From: an uncultured Verrucomicrobiota bacterium | GTDB taxonomy: Bacteria; Verrucomicrobiota; Kiritimatiellia; CAIKKV01; CAITUY01 | Assembly: GCA_964609375.1 (NCBI GenBank) | Contig: CAZSSA010000001.1 | Location: forward strand, 7,694-71,693 | DNA: 64,000 nt | Direction: 5' to 3' | Shown here: positions 51,186 through 61,169 of the stretch, one piece after another | Layout of the letters: the number at the start of each line of letters is the position of its first letter | Position numbering within the stretch: position 1 is the stretch's first letter | Notes under the pieces: model-generated | The model's input: the letters and a program-made list of their open reading frames with translations, nothing else | Database searches by the model: none | What the model was told of the DNA's origin: nothing | Position numbers and translations under genes: made by a program

Positions 51186-54100
51186 TTGCATGCTCCTCTC
51201 TTCTCTACTCACAATCCTTTCGAGATAGCGCGAAGGCGAGCAATTCATTATTATACCAAGGTGAACAAACGTCTTCTATGGATCGTTACCGGATTAACCC
51301 TGTGGCTTATCATTGGACCCCAAAATCCTCTTTCGCGAGGCTCCAGACCAGCCACAGCTCCAACTGCCTCTCCTGCAAATCCACAAGCACTTCTTCCGCC
51401 TCCCCTCGGGATTTCCACAGCACCACCCACCCCCGCAATTCCCCCTCAGCATACATCATCTCCATTGCCTTCGCCCCCCGCCCGGCTCCCCCCTCCTGAT
51501 CCCGCCGCCCAAGGAATCACCCTCGCGTCCTCTTCCTATCCCGTCATGTCCTCATCCAATCTGTCCTGTATCACCAAAATCGTCCGGACAGACTTCAAAT
51601 ACCCTCTCCTGCGCATTGTCGAATGGCATCGCCAGGACAAACCAACCACTCCAGTCGTGGTCATGAGCCGCGACATCATGGTCGCCGACCACGTCATCAT
51701 CCGGACCCGCCCCAACATCACCGCGGCCAATCTCCAGGCACTCTGCACCCGCCACCACATCAGTATCCGCAAAACGCTCCGCTTACCCGGCTATTATCTT
51801 CTCGCCACCACAACCACCACCCCCGATTCCATCCCACGCCTGATCGCCAGCCTCTCCTCGGAAACCAATTCCATCCTCTTCGCCGAACCCGATCACATCC
51901 TTCACACCACACAAACCTTTCCCAATGACACAAGCTTCCCTACCCTCTGGGGCCTCCACAACACAGGCCAGTCCGGCGGCATCGCCGATGCCGATATCGA
52001 CGCCCCCGAAACCTGGGATATCACCACGGGCTCCCCCTCCGTCATCGTCGGCGTCATCGATTCCGGCGTGGATATCACCCATCCCGATCTCGCCTCGAAC
52101 ATCTGGGTCAACCCCTTGGAAAAACTCAACGGCATCGATGACGATGGCAACGGATACATCGATGACATCAACGGCTGGGACTTCCTCAGCGAAGACAACA
52201 ACCCCGCCGACGCCAACTCGCACGGCACCCACGTCGCCGGAACCATTGCCGCCATCGGCAACAACAGCCTGGGCATTGCCGGAATCACGTGGCAGTGCCG
52301 CATCATGCCTCTCCGATTTCTCGACGCCAACGGAAGCGGCTCCACGTCGGACGCCCTCGACGCGCTTCACTACGCCAACGATATGCGCAGACGTGGTGTC
52401 AATATCCGCCTGACCAGCAACAGTTGGGGCGGTGGCGGCGACCAGGCCCTTTCCAGCGCCATCAGGGAAAGCGGTGATGCCGGTCTCCTCTTCATCGCCG
52501 CCGCCGGAAATGCCGCCAATAATAACGACTACACCCCCTTCCTCCCCGCCAATTACCCCTGGTCCAACATCATCGCCGTGGCGTCAACGGATCGACGCGA
52601 CGCCCTTTCCAGTTTCTCCAACTACGGCGTTACATCCGTCGATCTCGCGGCACCCGGCTCGGAAATCTATAGCACCATCCCGGGCGGCTATGGCCTCAAA
52701 AACGGCACCTCAATGGCCACCCCGCACGTCTCCGGCGTCGCCGCCCTGCTCTGGAGTGAATGGCCCGATGCCGACTGGACCGAAATCCGCAACGCCATTC
52801 TCAACAGTGTCGATCACATCCCCTCCCTCACCGGAAAAACCGTCACCGGAGGTCGGCTGAACGCCTACAAAACCCTGGTCAACGCCTTCCATATCGCCCA
52901 CACCCCGCAACCGTACGACGTCAACTCCGGAACCCCCTATCCCATCACCGCCTCACTCACCCCTTCCTGCCTCGCTGATACCAATCAACTGTGGATCTTC
53001 TGGAACACCGACGGCTCCACCAACTTTACCTCAGCACCCCTCTCCCGCATCGGCACCAACCTTTATCAGGGTGACATCCCCTCCCAGCCGGAATGGACCA
53101 CCATCAACTACTGGCTCAAGGCAGGTTCCACCGTCGGAACCACCTCCACCCATCCCACCAACGCCCCGACCACCGTTCACCATTTCACCATCATGCCCTC
53201 CATCAATCTAACCGTCTCAGGATCCCCCGGTTCCCACGGATCCGTCACCCCGGCCTACGGAACACACACCTCCCCCTCAGGCCTCGTGATCTCAGCAAGC
53301 GCCTCCCTCCACAGCATTCCCGAAAACAACGCCCGCTGGGCCTGCCTCGGCTGGACCGGATCCGGCGGCACCCCCTCCTCGGGCACATCCAATTCCTTCA
53401 CTTTTGTACTGACAGAACCTTCCTCCATCAACTGGCTCTGGTCCCATGAATTCGCGCTGTCACAAAACTCATCCTTACCGGACGTCCAATTCACCACCAC
53501 CTGGTGGACTGCTTCCACCACAGGCGTCACCTTCACAGCCACCACAACCCTCTCCCTCAACGGCACCAATTACATCTTCGCCCATTGGCTGCTCGATGGC
53601 AACCGCCAACCCGATCCCTTCCAACCCGCTGTCAATCCTGTCTCAACTATTCCCATGACCCAACCTCATCAGGCCACCGCCATCTACCTGCCTGACCATC
53701 TTGATGCCGATAACGATGGAATGGACGACTGGTGGGAATACCACTACTTCGGCTCCACCAATACCGCCCCCGATTCCGACAACGACAACGACACCTTCTC
53801 CAACCTCGACGAGTTTCTCGACCGCACATCCCCTCACGACCGTGCCGACTTCCCCACCCCGCCCGTCCTCGAGCACACCCCTCTCCCCGACCCCCAGGAT
53901 CACCCTGCTCCATTTCCCGTGCAAGCCACCATCACCGATAACTACTCCATCGCCAATGTAACCCTTCAATGGTCAAAATCGGGGGACCCCACGCAATCCT
54001 CCGCCATGCTCACCACCGCAACCCCCGGTCTCTACCTCTCCGCACTCCCCCCGCCCGGAACCAACGGCGATGTCTTCACTTACCGGATCCTCGCCCGCGA

Positions 54101-56336
54101 CCCCCTCGGCCTTGTCGCCACCAACGGCCCTTATACCGTCCACGTCACTTACCCATTCCTTCACATCTCCCCACCCTCCCTGCATCAAATCGTGCACCCC
54201 CTCTCGAGTACCAACCGACCCCTCATCCTCGCCAACCTCGGCAACACCAACATGGTTGCCTCCATCAGCCTCATCCCGCCCGGCTACTCCAACACCTTCG
54301 ACGGCACCGTCACCGGATGGACCTCCTCCGGCACCGGAAATCTCTGGAACCTCTCCACCAACCGCTCCGCCTCCCCCCCCACCTCCTGGTACAATGGCGA
54401 CTCCTCCCTCGGCCTCTACACCAGCAACATGCACGCCTGCCTCGACACTCCTCCACTCTACCTCGGCTCCAACTCCTGGATGTCATTCACCCACTGGATC
54501 AACTCCGAACTCGATACCCGATATTGGATCGGCTGGCGCCCCATGCACGCCTGGGATGGCGGCATCATCGAAATATCCACCAACAGCGGACGCTCCTTTC
54601 ACCAAATCACTCCCGTCGGCGGCTATCCCTACTCCATCTCCGGCTGGGAGGAGTCCCCCTGGCCCGATGAAACACCCTGCTTCGCCGGCGACGGCATCTG
54701 GCGCCAGACCACCGTTGATCTCTCCCCCTTCGCCAACCACCTTGTCATCATCCGTTTCCATTTCGGATCCGATTCAAACACAGAAAGAGAAGGCTGGTAC
54801 ATTGACAACCTCGTTATCTCCCCCACCCCCGCCGTCGAACCCTGGCTCACATGGAGCACAACCAATCTGACCATTCCGCCCGCCTCCACCTCCACCGTTA
54901 ACGTCACCTTCACCAGTGGGTCCATCCCCACCGGCGACCGCGAAGCGGCACTCCTCGTCGCCTGTAATGACCCCACCGTACCCCTGACCCTCATTCCCCA
55001 ATACATGCGGGTCCGGTCCCACCCCATCCTCTCCTGGCTGGGCGCTTCCCAAACCTCAACCAATGGCGAAGGATGGGTAACCCTCTCCAACACCATCTAT
55101 GATGCCGATGGTGAACTCTGCAGCCTCGATCTCAACTGGACCACCAATGGCACCACATGGGCCAGCGCCTGGATACGCGCCGCCACCGCCGCCGCGGGAG
55201 CACCCTCTTCCCATTTTGCATCCACCCCCCAAGTCGACAACATCACAACCACCAATACTTCCTCCCCCTTCACCAACTCACTAGCCACCTCATGGGACAC
55301 CTCCCCCTCCGGAAACAACCTCGGATACTCAACCTCCACACGCATGCGCGCCCGCCTGTGGGACGGCCTGCTCTGGAGCCAATGGACCACCAGCCAACCC
55401 TTTACCGTCGATAACATCCCTCCTCCCCCCCCTGTCCGCTTCACCAACATGACCCACGCCATCAACACCTGGTCAACCAATCCCGTCATGACACTGGTCT
55501 GGCGCCGCATCACTGAACCCGGCCTCGCCGGCTATTCGTTCAGCGTCTGGACTAACACCCCCGGCGATGCCTTCACCTTTCCCTCCTCAGGCACCTCCGT
55601 CAACACCCCACCCCTCACCGACAGCCCCACCTGGTGGGCATCCGTCCAATCCCGCGACACCTACGGCAACCTCAGTTCCATGCTCACCCTCGGCCCCTTC
55701 AAAATCGATACCTCCCCTCCCTCTCCCTCCGGAGCCACCCTCACCCTCTCCCTCGACTCCTTCGGCTCCTACCTCATTGGCACCACCAACATCACCGCCT
55801 CATGGACCGGCTTCACCGACGCCGGTTCCGGCATCGCCTGCTACTTTTGCGCCCTCACCAACCGCTCGCCATCCACCAAGGGCCAAGTCACCCTTACCCC
55901 GTCCGCCACCCTAACCGGCCTCCTCCTTGACGCCACCAACACCTTCAACGTCTGGGCCATGGACAACGCCGGCCTCGTCGGTCCCGCCGCCAGCACCTCA
56001 TTCCTCGCCCTCAGCGCCAGCGGCGATTGGGATCACGATGGCATGATCAACTCCGCCGAAAACACCGCTGGCACCGACCCCGCTCACGCCGCCAGCCTGT
56101 TCCTCCTCGACCTTCAGACACCCCGCACCAATGGCATCATGATCCTCCGCTGGCCCTCATCCACCAATCGACTTTACACCCTCTCCCACAGTGATACCCT
56201 ACTCCCGCCCGGAACAAATTGGGCAACCATGACAAACTGGACAAGAGTCCCCGGCGTTGAGGGCAGCATGTCCTGCACCGATCAGGTACAGAACATCCCT
56301 GTCCGCTTCTACCGGATAACCGTGGAGAAACCATGA
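51186..56336 (+). CDS. Giant membrane-anchored/secreted subtilisin-family (S8) serine peptidase with a long beta-rich C-terminal extension and a C-terminal sorting-like module
   Basis: Catalytic triad motifs VGVIDSGVD (Asp codon 52058..52060), HGTHVAG (His 52221..52223), GTSMATPHVSG (Ser 52710..52712). I9-like propeptide, Pro-rich linker. Likely true start is the GTG at 51259, giving MNKRLLWIVTGLTLWLIIG. Confidence 0.85.
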   Translation: MHAPLFSTHNPFEIARRRAIHYYTKVNKRLLWIVTGLTLWLIIGPQNPLSRGSRPATAPTASPANPQALLPPPLGISTAPPTPAIPPQHTSSPLPSPPARLPPPDPAAQGITLASSSYPVMSSSNLSCITKIVRTDFKYPLLRIVEWHRQDKPTTPVVVMSRDIMVADHVIIRTRPNITAANLQALCTRHHISIRKTLRLPGYYLLATTTTTPDSIPRLIASLSSETNSILFAEPDHILHTTQTFPNDTSFPTLWGLHNTGQSGGIADADIDAPETWDITTGSPSVIVGVIDSGVDITHPDLASNIWVNPLEKLNGIDDDGNGYIDDINGWDFLSEDNNPADANSHGTHVAGTIAAIGNNSLGIAGITWQCRIMPLRFLDANGSGSTSDALDALHYANDMRRRGVNIRLTSNSWGGGGDQALSSAIRESGDAGLLFIAAAGNAANNNDYTPFLPANYPWSNIIAVASTDRRDALSSFSNYGVTSVDLAAPGSEIYSTIPGGYGLKNGTSMATPHVSGVAALLWSEWPDADWTEIRNAILNSVDHIPSLTGKTVTGGRLNAYKTLVNAFHIAHTPQPYDVNSGTPYPITASLTPSCLADTNQLWIFWNTDGSTNFTSAPLSRIGTNLYQGDIPSQPEWTTINYWLKAGSTVGTTSTHPTNAPTTVHHFTIMPSINLTVSGSPGSHGSVTPAYGTHTSPSGLVISASASLHSIPENNARWACLGWTGSGGTPSSGTSNSFTFVLTEPSSINWLWSHEFALSQNSSLPDVQFTTTWWTASTTGVTFTATTTLSLNGTNYIFAHWLLDGNRQPDPFQPAVNPVSTIPMTQPHQATAIYLPDHLDADNDGMDDWWEYHYFGSTNTAPDSDNDNDTFSNLDEFLDRTSPHDRADFPTPPVLEHTPLPDPQDHPAPFPVQATITDNYSIANVTLQWSKSGDPTQSSAMLTTATPGLYLSALPPPGTNGDVFTYRILARDPLGLVATNGPYTVHVTYPFLHISPPSLHQIVHPLSSTNRPLILANLGNTNMVASISLIPPGYSNTFDGTVTGWTSSGTGNLWNLSTNRSASPPTSWYNGDSSLGLYTSNMHACLDTPPLYLGSNSWMSFTHWINSELDTRYWIGWRPMHAWDGGIIEISTNSGRSFHQITPVGGYPYSISGWEESPWPDETPCFAGDGIWRQTTVDLSPFANHLVIIRFHFGSDSNTEREGWYIDNLVISPTPAVEPWLTWSTTNLTIPPASTSTVNVTFTSGSIPTGDREAALLVACNDPTVPLTLIPQYMRVRSHPILSWLGASQTSTNGEGWVTLSNTIYDADGELCSLDLNWTTNGTTWASAWIRAATAAAGAPSSHFASTPQVDNITTTNTSSPFTNSLATSWDTSPSGNNLGYSTSTRMRARLWDGLLWSQWTTSQPFTVDNIPPPPPVRFTNMTHAINTWSTNPVMTLVWRRITEPGLAGYSFSVWTNTPGDAFTFPSSGTSVNTPPLTDSPTWWASVQSRDTYGNLSSMLTLGPFKIDTSPPSPSGATLTLSLDSFGSYLIGTTNITASWTGFTDAGSGIACYFCALTNRSPSTKGQVTLTPSATLTGLLLDATNTFNVWAMDNAGLVGPAASTSFLALSASGDWDHDGMINSAENTAGTDPAHAASLFLLDLQTPRTNGIMILRWPSSTNRLYTLSHSDTLLPPGTNWATMTNWTRVPGVEGSMSCTDQVQNIPVRFYRITVEKP

Positions 56337-56683
56337 TCAGGAAAGCAAACCAGATGGAAACCGAAGTCCGCACCGCCATGCGCGGCGGCACCGGCAACGT
56401 CACCCTTCAACACTTCTTCAAGTCGGACGAAATCACGGCAAAATCCCGCCTCTGCGCCCGGCTAACCCTCCCCCCCGGCACCAGCATCGGCATGCATCAG
56501 CACTCCGGCGAGGACGAAGTCTATATCATCACCAAGGGCTCCGGCACCCTCGACGATGGCCAAACCAAAACCGTTGTCTCCGCCGGCGATGCCGTCCTCA
56601 CCGGCAAAGACGAATCCCACGCCATCCTCAATACAGGCTCAACCGACCTCGAAATCATTGCCGTCATCATGTGCTATGCCTAA
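56333..56683 (+). CDS. Cupin-domain protein
   Basis: 116 aa. GMHQHSGEDEVYIITKGSG and ESHAIL match the cupin_2 two-motif pattern. ATGA overlap with the subtilase stop. Confidence 0.7.
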   Translation: MIRKANQMETEVRTAMRGGTGNVTLQHFFKSDEITAKSRLCARLTLPPGTSIGMHQHSGEDEVYIITKGSGTLDDGQTKTVVSAGDAVLTGKDESHAILNTGSTDLEIIAVIMCYA

Positions 56684-57797
56684 CCCCATTCTGCCCGAAA
56701 CCCTTATCCTCCCCGAAAAGACCCTCTCCGGTCGCGGCGCCATTCAAGGACTGCTACAGGAATGCTCCCGCTTTGGAAACCGTGGCATTCTCCTGCACGG
56801 CAAGGCGCTCCAAACCTCGTCCGTCCTTGCGGATATCCTTAGCCGAAACCCAACCCATTCAGAGGTATTCACCATCCGCCATCAAGGCAATGAACCAACC
56901 CTCGCCCAGCTTTCAGACCTCCTGAAACAGGCACATAACTTCAAAGCCCGATGGATAGCCGGGGTCGGCGGCGGCAGTGTCATCGATCTCGCCAAGGCCG
57001 CCGCCGCCCTCTTCAACTCAACACATCCCCCGTCCCGCTACCACGATGGGGCCCCCCTCGAGTTCCCCGGTATTCCCTTCGTGGCCGCCCCTACTACCGC
57101 CGGAACCGGCTCCGAAGCCACCATCAATTCCGTCCTCACCAACGAAACCACCGGCGCCAAGAAATCCATCCGCGACACCAGCATGATGGCAAAAACCGTT
57201 ATCCTGGACCCCGCCCTTCTCGCCTCCTGTCCCCCGTCTGTCATTGCCGCCTCAGGAATGGACGCCCTGACCCAGGCCATCGAAGCCTTCACCAGTCGCC
57301 ACGCGACCTGGCTCAGCGATGAACTTGCCATCAACGGCATCCGCCTCATCACCGCCAATCTACCCCTTGTCTACCGCCATCCCGCAACCGAAGAAGCCAA
57401 TGCCCTCCTCACAGGCAGTTATTTCGCAGGCATGGCTCTATCCTTCGCCCGTCTCGGCGTCGTTCATGGCATCGCACATCCGCTTGGTTCCCTCTACCAC
57501 CAGCCCCACGGCTTGGTCTGTGCCGCCTGCCTTCCTCTGGCCATTGAGTTGAATCGGAAGGCGATCGGGGACAAATACACCCGAATGAGTCAGGCCGTCG
57601 GCCAGGACTTGCTCGATCACGTCAAGGAACTGATGGTGACCCTCAATATCCGTTCCCCTTTCGCCGGAAAACCGTGCCCCGAAAAAGAACGGATTATTGG
57701 CGAAACGCTGGCCTCCGGCTCAACCAAAGCCAATCCCAAGACCATCACAAGGCAAGACGCGGAATGGCTGCTAGCCCAACTCTTCGCCAGCCAATAA
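56676..57797 (+). CDS. Iron-containing alcohol dehydrogenase family protein
   Basis: GGGSVIDLAKAAA, AAPTTAGTGSE and the Fe-ligand His cluster (HGIAHPLGSLYHQPHG). ATG 56676 overlaps the cupin stop (ATGCCTAA); the track ORF has an N-terminal extension. Confidence 0.8.
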   Translation: MPNPILPETLILPEKTLSGRGAIQGLLQECSRFGNRGILLHGKALQTSSVLADILSRNPTHSEVFTIRHQGNEPTLAQLSDLLKQAHNFKARWIAGVGGGSVIDLAKAAAALFNSTHPPSRYHDGAPLEFPGIPFVAAPTTAGTGSEATINSVLTNETTGAKKSIRDTSMMAKTVILDPALLASCPPSVIAASGMDALTQAIEAFTSRHATWLSDELAINGIRLITANLPLVYRHPATEEANALLTGSYFAGMALSFARLGVVHGIAHPLGSLYHQPHGLVCAACLPLAIELNRKAIGDKYTRMSQAVGQDLLDHVKELMVTLNIRSPFAGKPCPEKERIIGETLASGSTKANPKTITRQDAEWLLAQLFASQ

Positions 57798-57862
57798 CCA
57801 CACCACGATGTGTCCCGGATAAACACAGGGTGCCCCCGTTAATGTCCGAGAGCCAATGGAAA

Positions 57863-57886
57863 TCCCGACCGCATAGCGAGTCGGGA
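57863..57886. terminator. Hairpin TCCCGAC-N10-GTCGGGA between the alcohol-dehydrogenase gene and tRNA-Arg; weak possible bidirectional terminator
   Basis: 7-bp GC-rich stem, but the flanking A/T runs are short. Confidence 0.25.
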
Positions 57887-57894
57887 TGAAAAAC

Positions 57895-57971
57895 TGGTGC
57901 GCCTGGCAAGGATCGAACTTGCAACCTTCAGCTTCGGAGGCTGACGCTCTATCCAATTGAGCTACAGGCGC
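57895..57971 (-). tRNA. tRNA-Arg (anticodon CCG)
   Basis: GCGCCTG-TA-GCTCAATTGGATAGAGC...CTCCGAAG...TTCGATC...CAGGCGC-A-CCA on the minus strand. Confidence 0.85.
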
Positions 57972-58064
57972 GAAAAGGCGCTATCAGTTATCAGGTATTG
58001 GTTATTTGGACAAGCCTCAAAACCTCGCTCACAAAAAAACAAGCCATCCAGTCACCCTTGACCA

Positions 58065-59141
58065 TTAACCGTTTTTCGCTTCAAACTCCTTCATGAACGA
58101 CACCAAGGCATCTACCCCCGCCACCGGGAACGCATTGTAAATCGAGGCGCGAACACCACCCACGGAACGATGCCCCTTGAGCCCCTTCATCCCCGCCTTC
58201 GACGCCTCCTTGATGAACTGCTCCTCCAACGCCTCACTCGGCAACCGGAACGTGATGTTCATATCGGACCGGAATTCCTTCACAGCCGTCCCTTTGTAGA
58301 ACGAGCCGCTATCCAGCGCCTGATAGATCTTGGCCGCCTTGTCCACGTTCTGCTTGTACAGGTTCGCCTGGCCCATCTTCATCATCCACCGCGTCACCAA
58401 CATCAGAATGTAGATGCCAAACGTCGGCGGAGTGTTGTACAGGGAGTTTTCCTCCATGTGCGTCTTGTACTTGAGCATCGTCGGCGTCTGCACCGGCACC
58501 CGCTCCGCCAAATCCTTCCTCATCACCACCAACGCCAATCCAGACGGACCAAGATTCTTCTGCGCCCCGGCATAAATCAACCCGAACTGGTTGATATCAA
58601 ACGAACGGGACAGAATGTCGGACGACATATCCGCCACCAGCGGCGCTTCAGTCGTCGGAAAAACCTTCCATTGTGACCCGGCAATGGTTTCATTGGACGT
58701 GATGTGAACATAAGCCGCACCCTTGGTGAGCTTCAAATCCTCGTTCCTGGGCATCCGGGTGGGAATATCCTTGCCGGTATTGGCCGCCACATTCACATTC
58801 CCGATCAACTTGGCTTCCTTGACCGCCTTGTCGGCCCAGGCCCCGGAGTTGACATAATCCGCCGTCTGCCCCGCTCCCAGCAAATTCATCGGAACCATGG
58901 CAAACTGCATGCTCGCGCCACCCTGGATGAACAGAACCGTGTAATCATCGGAAAGCCCGAGTAGCTTGCTGAGGTTGGCCACCGCTTCCAGATGGACAGC
59001 ATCATATTCCTTGCCGCGATGACTATGCTCCATAATGGACATGCCGGACCCCTTGAAATCCAGCAACTCTTTCTGAGCCTCTTCCAGTACTTCCTCAGGC
59101 AACGTTGCAGGACCCGCTCCAAAATTGAATACTCGCGCCAT
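58065..59141 (-). CDS. serC: 3-phosphoserine/phosphohydroxythreonine aminotransferase
   Basis: MARVFNFGAGPATLPEEVL... and class-V aminotransferase motifs. Confidence 0.9.
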   Translation of the reverse strand: MARVFNFGAGPATLPEEVLEEAQKELLDFKGSGMSIMEHSHRGKEYDAVHLEAVANLSKLLGLSDDYTVLFIQGGASMQFAMVPMNLLGAGQTADYVNSGAWADKAVKEAKLIGNVNVAANTGKDIPTRMPRNEDLKLTKGAAYVHITSNETIAGSQWKVFPTTEAPLVADMSSDILSRSFDINQFGLIYAGAQKNLGPSGLALVVMRKDLAERVPVQTPTMLKYKTHMEENSLYNTPPTFGIYILMLVTRWMMKMGQANLYKQNVDKAAKIYQALDSGSFYKGTAVKEFRSDMNITFRLPSEALEEQFIKEASKAGMKGLKGHRSVGGVRASIYNAFPVAGVDALVSFMKEFEAKNG

Positions 59142-59364
59142 AATCAATTCCTCCCTTTGGTGGTTACCGCTGACTGCCCCGCTCCGGCGGGATCCTCAGC
59201 GGCGCTCTTTCTCAAGACTCCGGCAGAGTGTAGACTTTATCCGCCCCCGTTCAATCCGAAATTCCATCCACCCCGAAATTCCATACTCCCCTTTCTCAAA
59301 AGATTGACCTTGCCCCGTCTCTTCCGTAATAATGTGCCGATACAAACGGAGGACACTCCCGATC

Positions 59365-59817
59365 ATGCGTTGCCCACGATGCGGTCATACAGAAGATAAG
59401 GTTATCGACAGCCGCGCTTCCCGCGCCGGCGATATCATTCGCCGTCGCCGCTCATGCGAAAGCTGCAACCATCGCTTTACCACCCGCGAGGAAGTGGTCA
59501 AAGTGGAACTCCACGTCATTAAGCGTGATGGACGTCACGAGGAGCTCTCCCGCGAAAAGCTGATCAACGGCGTGGGGCGCGCTTGCGAAAAACGCCCCGT
59601 CAGCCCCGAGCAAATCGAAATGCTTGTGGATGGCATCATCACCGAACTCGAAAACGAATTCGAACGCGAAGTCCCCAGCGAAACCATTGGCGAGAAAGTC
59701 ATGGAACGCCTGGAAAAACTGGATGATGTCGCCTATGTGCGCTTCGCTTCCGTTTACCGCCGATTCAAGGACGTGAATCAGTTCCTCAACGCCATCCAGG
59801 GAATGGTCAACAAGTGA
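59365..59817 (+). CDS. nrdR: Transcriptional repressor NrdR
   Basis: MRCPRCGHTEDKVIDSR...CESCNHRFTTREE Zn-ribbon plus ATP-cone. Start at the conserved MRCP. Confidence 0.9.
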   Translation: MRCPRCGHTEDKVIDSRASRAGDIIRRRRSCESCNHRFTTREEVVKVELHVIKRDGRHEELSREKLINGVGRACEKRPVSPEQIEMLVDGIITELENEFEREVPSETIGEKVMERLEKLDDVAYVRFASVYRRFKDVNQFLNAIQGMVNK

Positions 59818-60443
59818 TTTTTTCATCCACGACTCCCAAACCATCCGAAACGTGGCGCAACGACCTGGCCGACCGCCTGCTGGATCAGGCTCCCGCCTTG
59901 TGCGGCAACCCCGGGCTTGCCGCCTCTCACACCCTGTGCGAAGCCGCTCAAGGCGTCGCCGCTGTTCTTCGCGAACAGGAAACGTTTCCACACGAATTGG
60001 ACGCCCACACCTCCTGCACCCTTATGTCCCGTGCCTTGGAAGCCGCCGGCGAAACCTCGCTGGCACGTCGCCTCCTCCTCGCTGGCACATCCTCCGTCTA
60101 TGCTTCATCCTGGATCACCGCCGGTCAGGACTCCGTCTGGACGCTCGATATCAAAAAGCTGACCTCCAGCAACACCCCATGCATGGAACTCACCCTTTTC
60201 GACCACCTGCACAGTATGATTGATGATTATGCCGATGTATGGGATGCCACCAGCGGACGCGGCATCATGGGACTCAAGGGACTCAACGACGTTACCGCTT
60301 CCATTCTCGGATCACATGCCACCCCTCTGGAAACACGGCTACTGACCGACGAAGTGCGCGATTATTGCGCACGGCACCTTGACCAAAAACGCCAGCAACG
60401 CGGATGGAATTCAACGCCAATCATCATGAGTGTCGAGGCATAA
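59814..60443 (+). CDS. Hypothetical protein (209 aa), translationally coupled to nrdR by a GTGA overlap
   Basis: Alternative frames give Arg-rich nonsense typical of GC-rich coding regions, which supports this frame. No recognisable motif. Confidence 0.45.
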   Translation: MIFSSTTPKPSETWRNDLADRLLDQAPALCGNPGLAASHTLCEAAQGVAAVLREQETFPHELDAHTSCTLMSRALEAAGETSLARRLLLAGTSSVYASSWITAGQDSVWTLDIKKLTSSNTPCMELTLFDHLHSMIDDYADVWDATSGRGIMGLKGLNDVTASILGSHATPLETRLLTDEVRDYCARHLDQKRQQRGWNSTPIIMSVEA

Positions 60444-60450
60444 CCTCCCC

Positions 60451-61113
60451 ATGAAGCTTTTACAGGCAAACCAACTCTCATCACCCTCTCTCAACCGGCG
60501 CGAGGCCATGCTCCTCGGTCTTGGCGCCATCGCCACCGCCTTCCTCCCGTCCATCGCCAACGCCCTCCCCAGCCGGACCCTGCGGCCCGCCACAATTCTC
60601 GATGCCATCTCCACCGAAATGACCCTCATCCGCCGTTCCTCATGGGACCGAACCCCACCCAACCGGGATCGACTCAACCCTGCCGGCCGCTACTCTCGCA
60701 TCACCATCCATCACGAAGGCACCAATCCGTTCTATGCCACCTCCCATACCTATGTTGCGCGCGAACTTCACACCGTCCTCAGTTCACACCGCGCCCGCCG
60801 CTACGGCGATATAGCCTATCATCTGGCAGTTGACTATATCGGACGCGTCTGGGAAGCACGCTCGCTTTCCTACGAAGGCGCCCACGTCATGAGCAACAAC
60901 GAAGGCAATATCGGCGTCCTGCTTCTGGGCAACTTCGAGCGCCAACGTCCATCCACGTCCCAACTCGCCGCCATGAACGACCTGATCGTCGTGCTGCGGC
61001 GTACCTGCGGCATCCGCAGTTCCCGCGTCTACGGGCATCGCGACCTGAGCCCCAGCGCCTGCCCCGGACGTCAACTCTACCCCTACGTCGCCCAGTTACG
61101 ACACCCCGCATGA
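60451..61113 (+). CDS. N-acetylmuramoyl-L-alanine amidase (Amidase_2/PGRP fold) with a Tat signal peptide
   Basis: NRREAMLLGLGAIATAFL twin-arginine signal. ITIHHEG, AYHLAVDYIGRVWEAR, GAHV..NNEGNIGVLLLGNF, GHRDL...ACPG. Start likely M8 at 60451; the track starts at 60430. Confidence 0.8.
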   Translation: MKLLQANQLSSPSLNRREAMLLGLGAIATAFLPSIANALPSRTLRPATILDAISTEMTLIRRSSWDRTPPNRDRLNPAGRYSRITIHHEGTNPFYATSHTYVARELHTVLSSHRARRYGDIAYHLAVDYIGRVWEARSLSYEGAHVMSNNEGNIGVLLLGNFERQRPSTSQLAAMNDLIVVLRRTCGIRSSRVYGHRDLSPSACPGRQLYPYVAQLRHPA

Positions 61114-61169
61114 GTCTTCCCTTTGATTTAAACAATCTCCATAGTATCGACTAACGAAAGGACAACACC

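Noticed and set aside
51313-56403. Dozens of overlapping track ORFs on both strands inside the protease gene (for example 51783..52370, 53969..54670, 54070..54870)
   Set aside because: They are generated by the CCACC/GGTGG-rich repeat composition encoding Thr/Pro/Ser tracts. The single long frame with an intact S8 triad explains the region.
57895-59147. tRNA-Arg as a possible integration hotspot or genomic-island boundary
   Set aside because: No integrase, transposase, direct repeat of the tRNA 3' end or compositional break is visible nearby. Flanking genes (alcohol dehydrogenase, serC) are ordinary.
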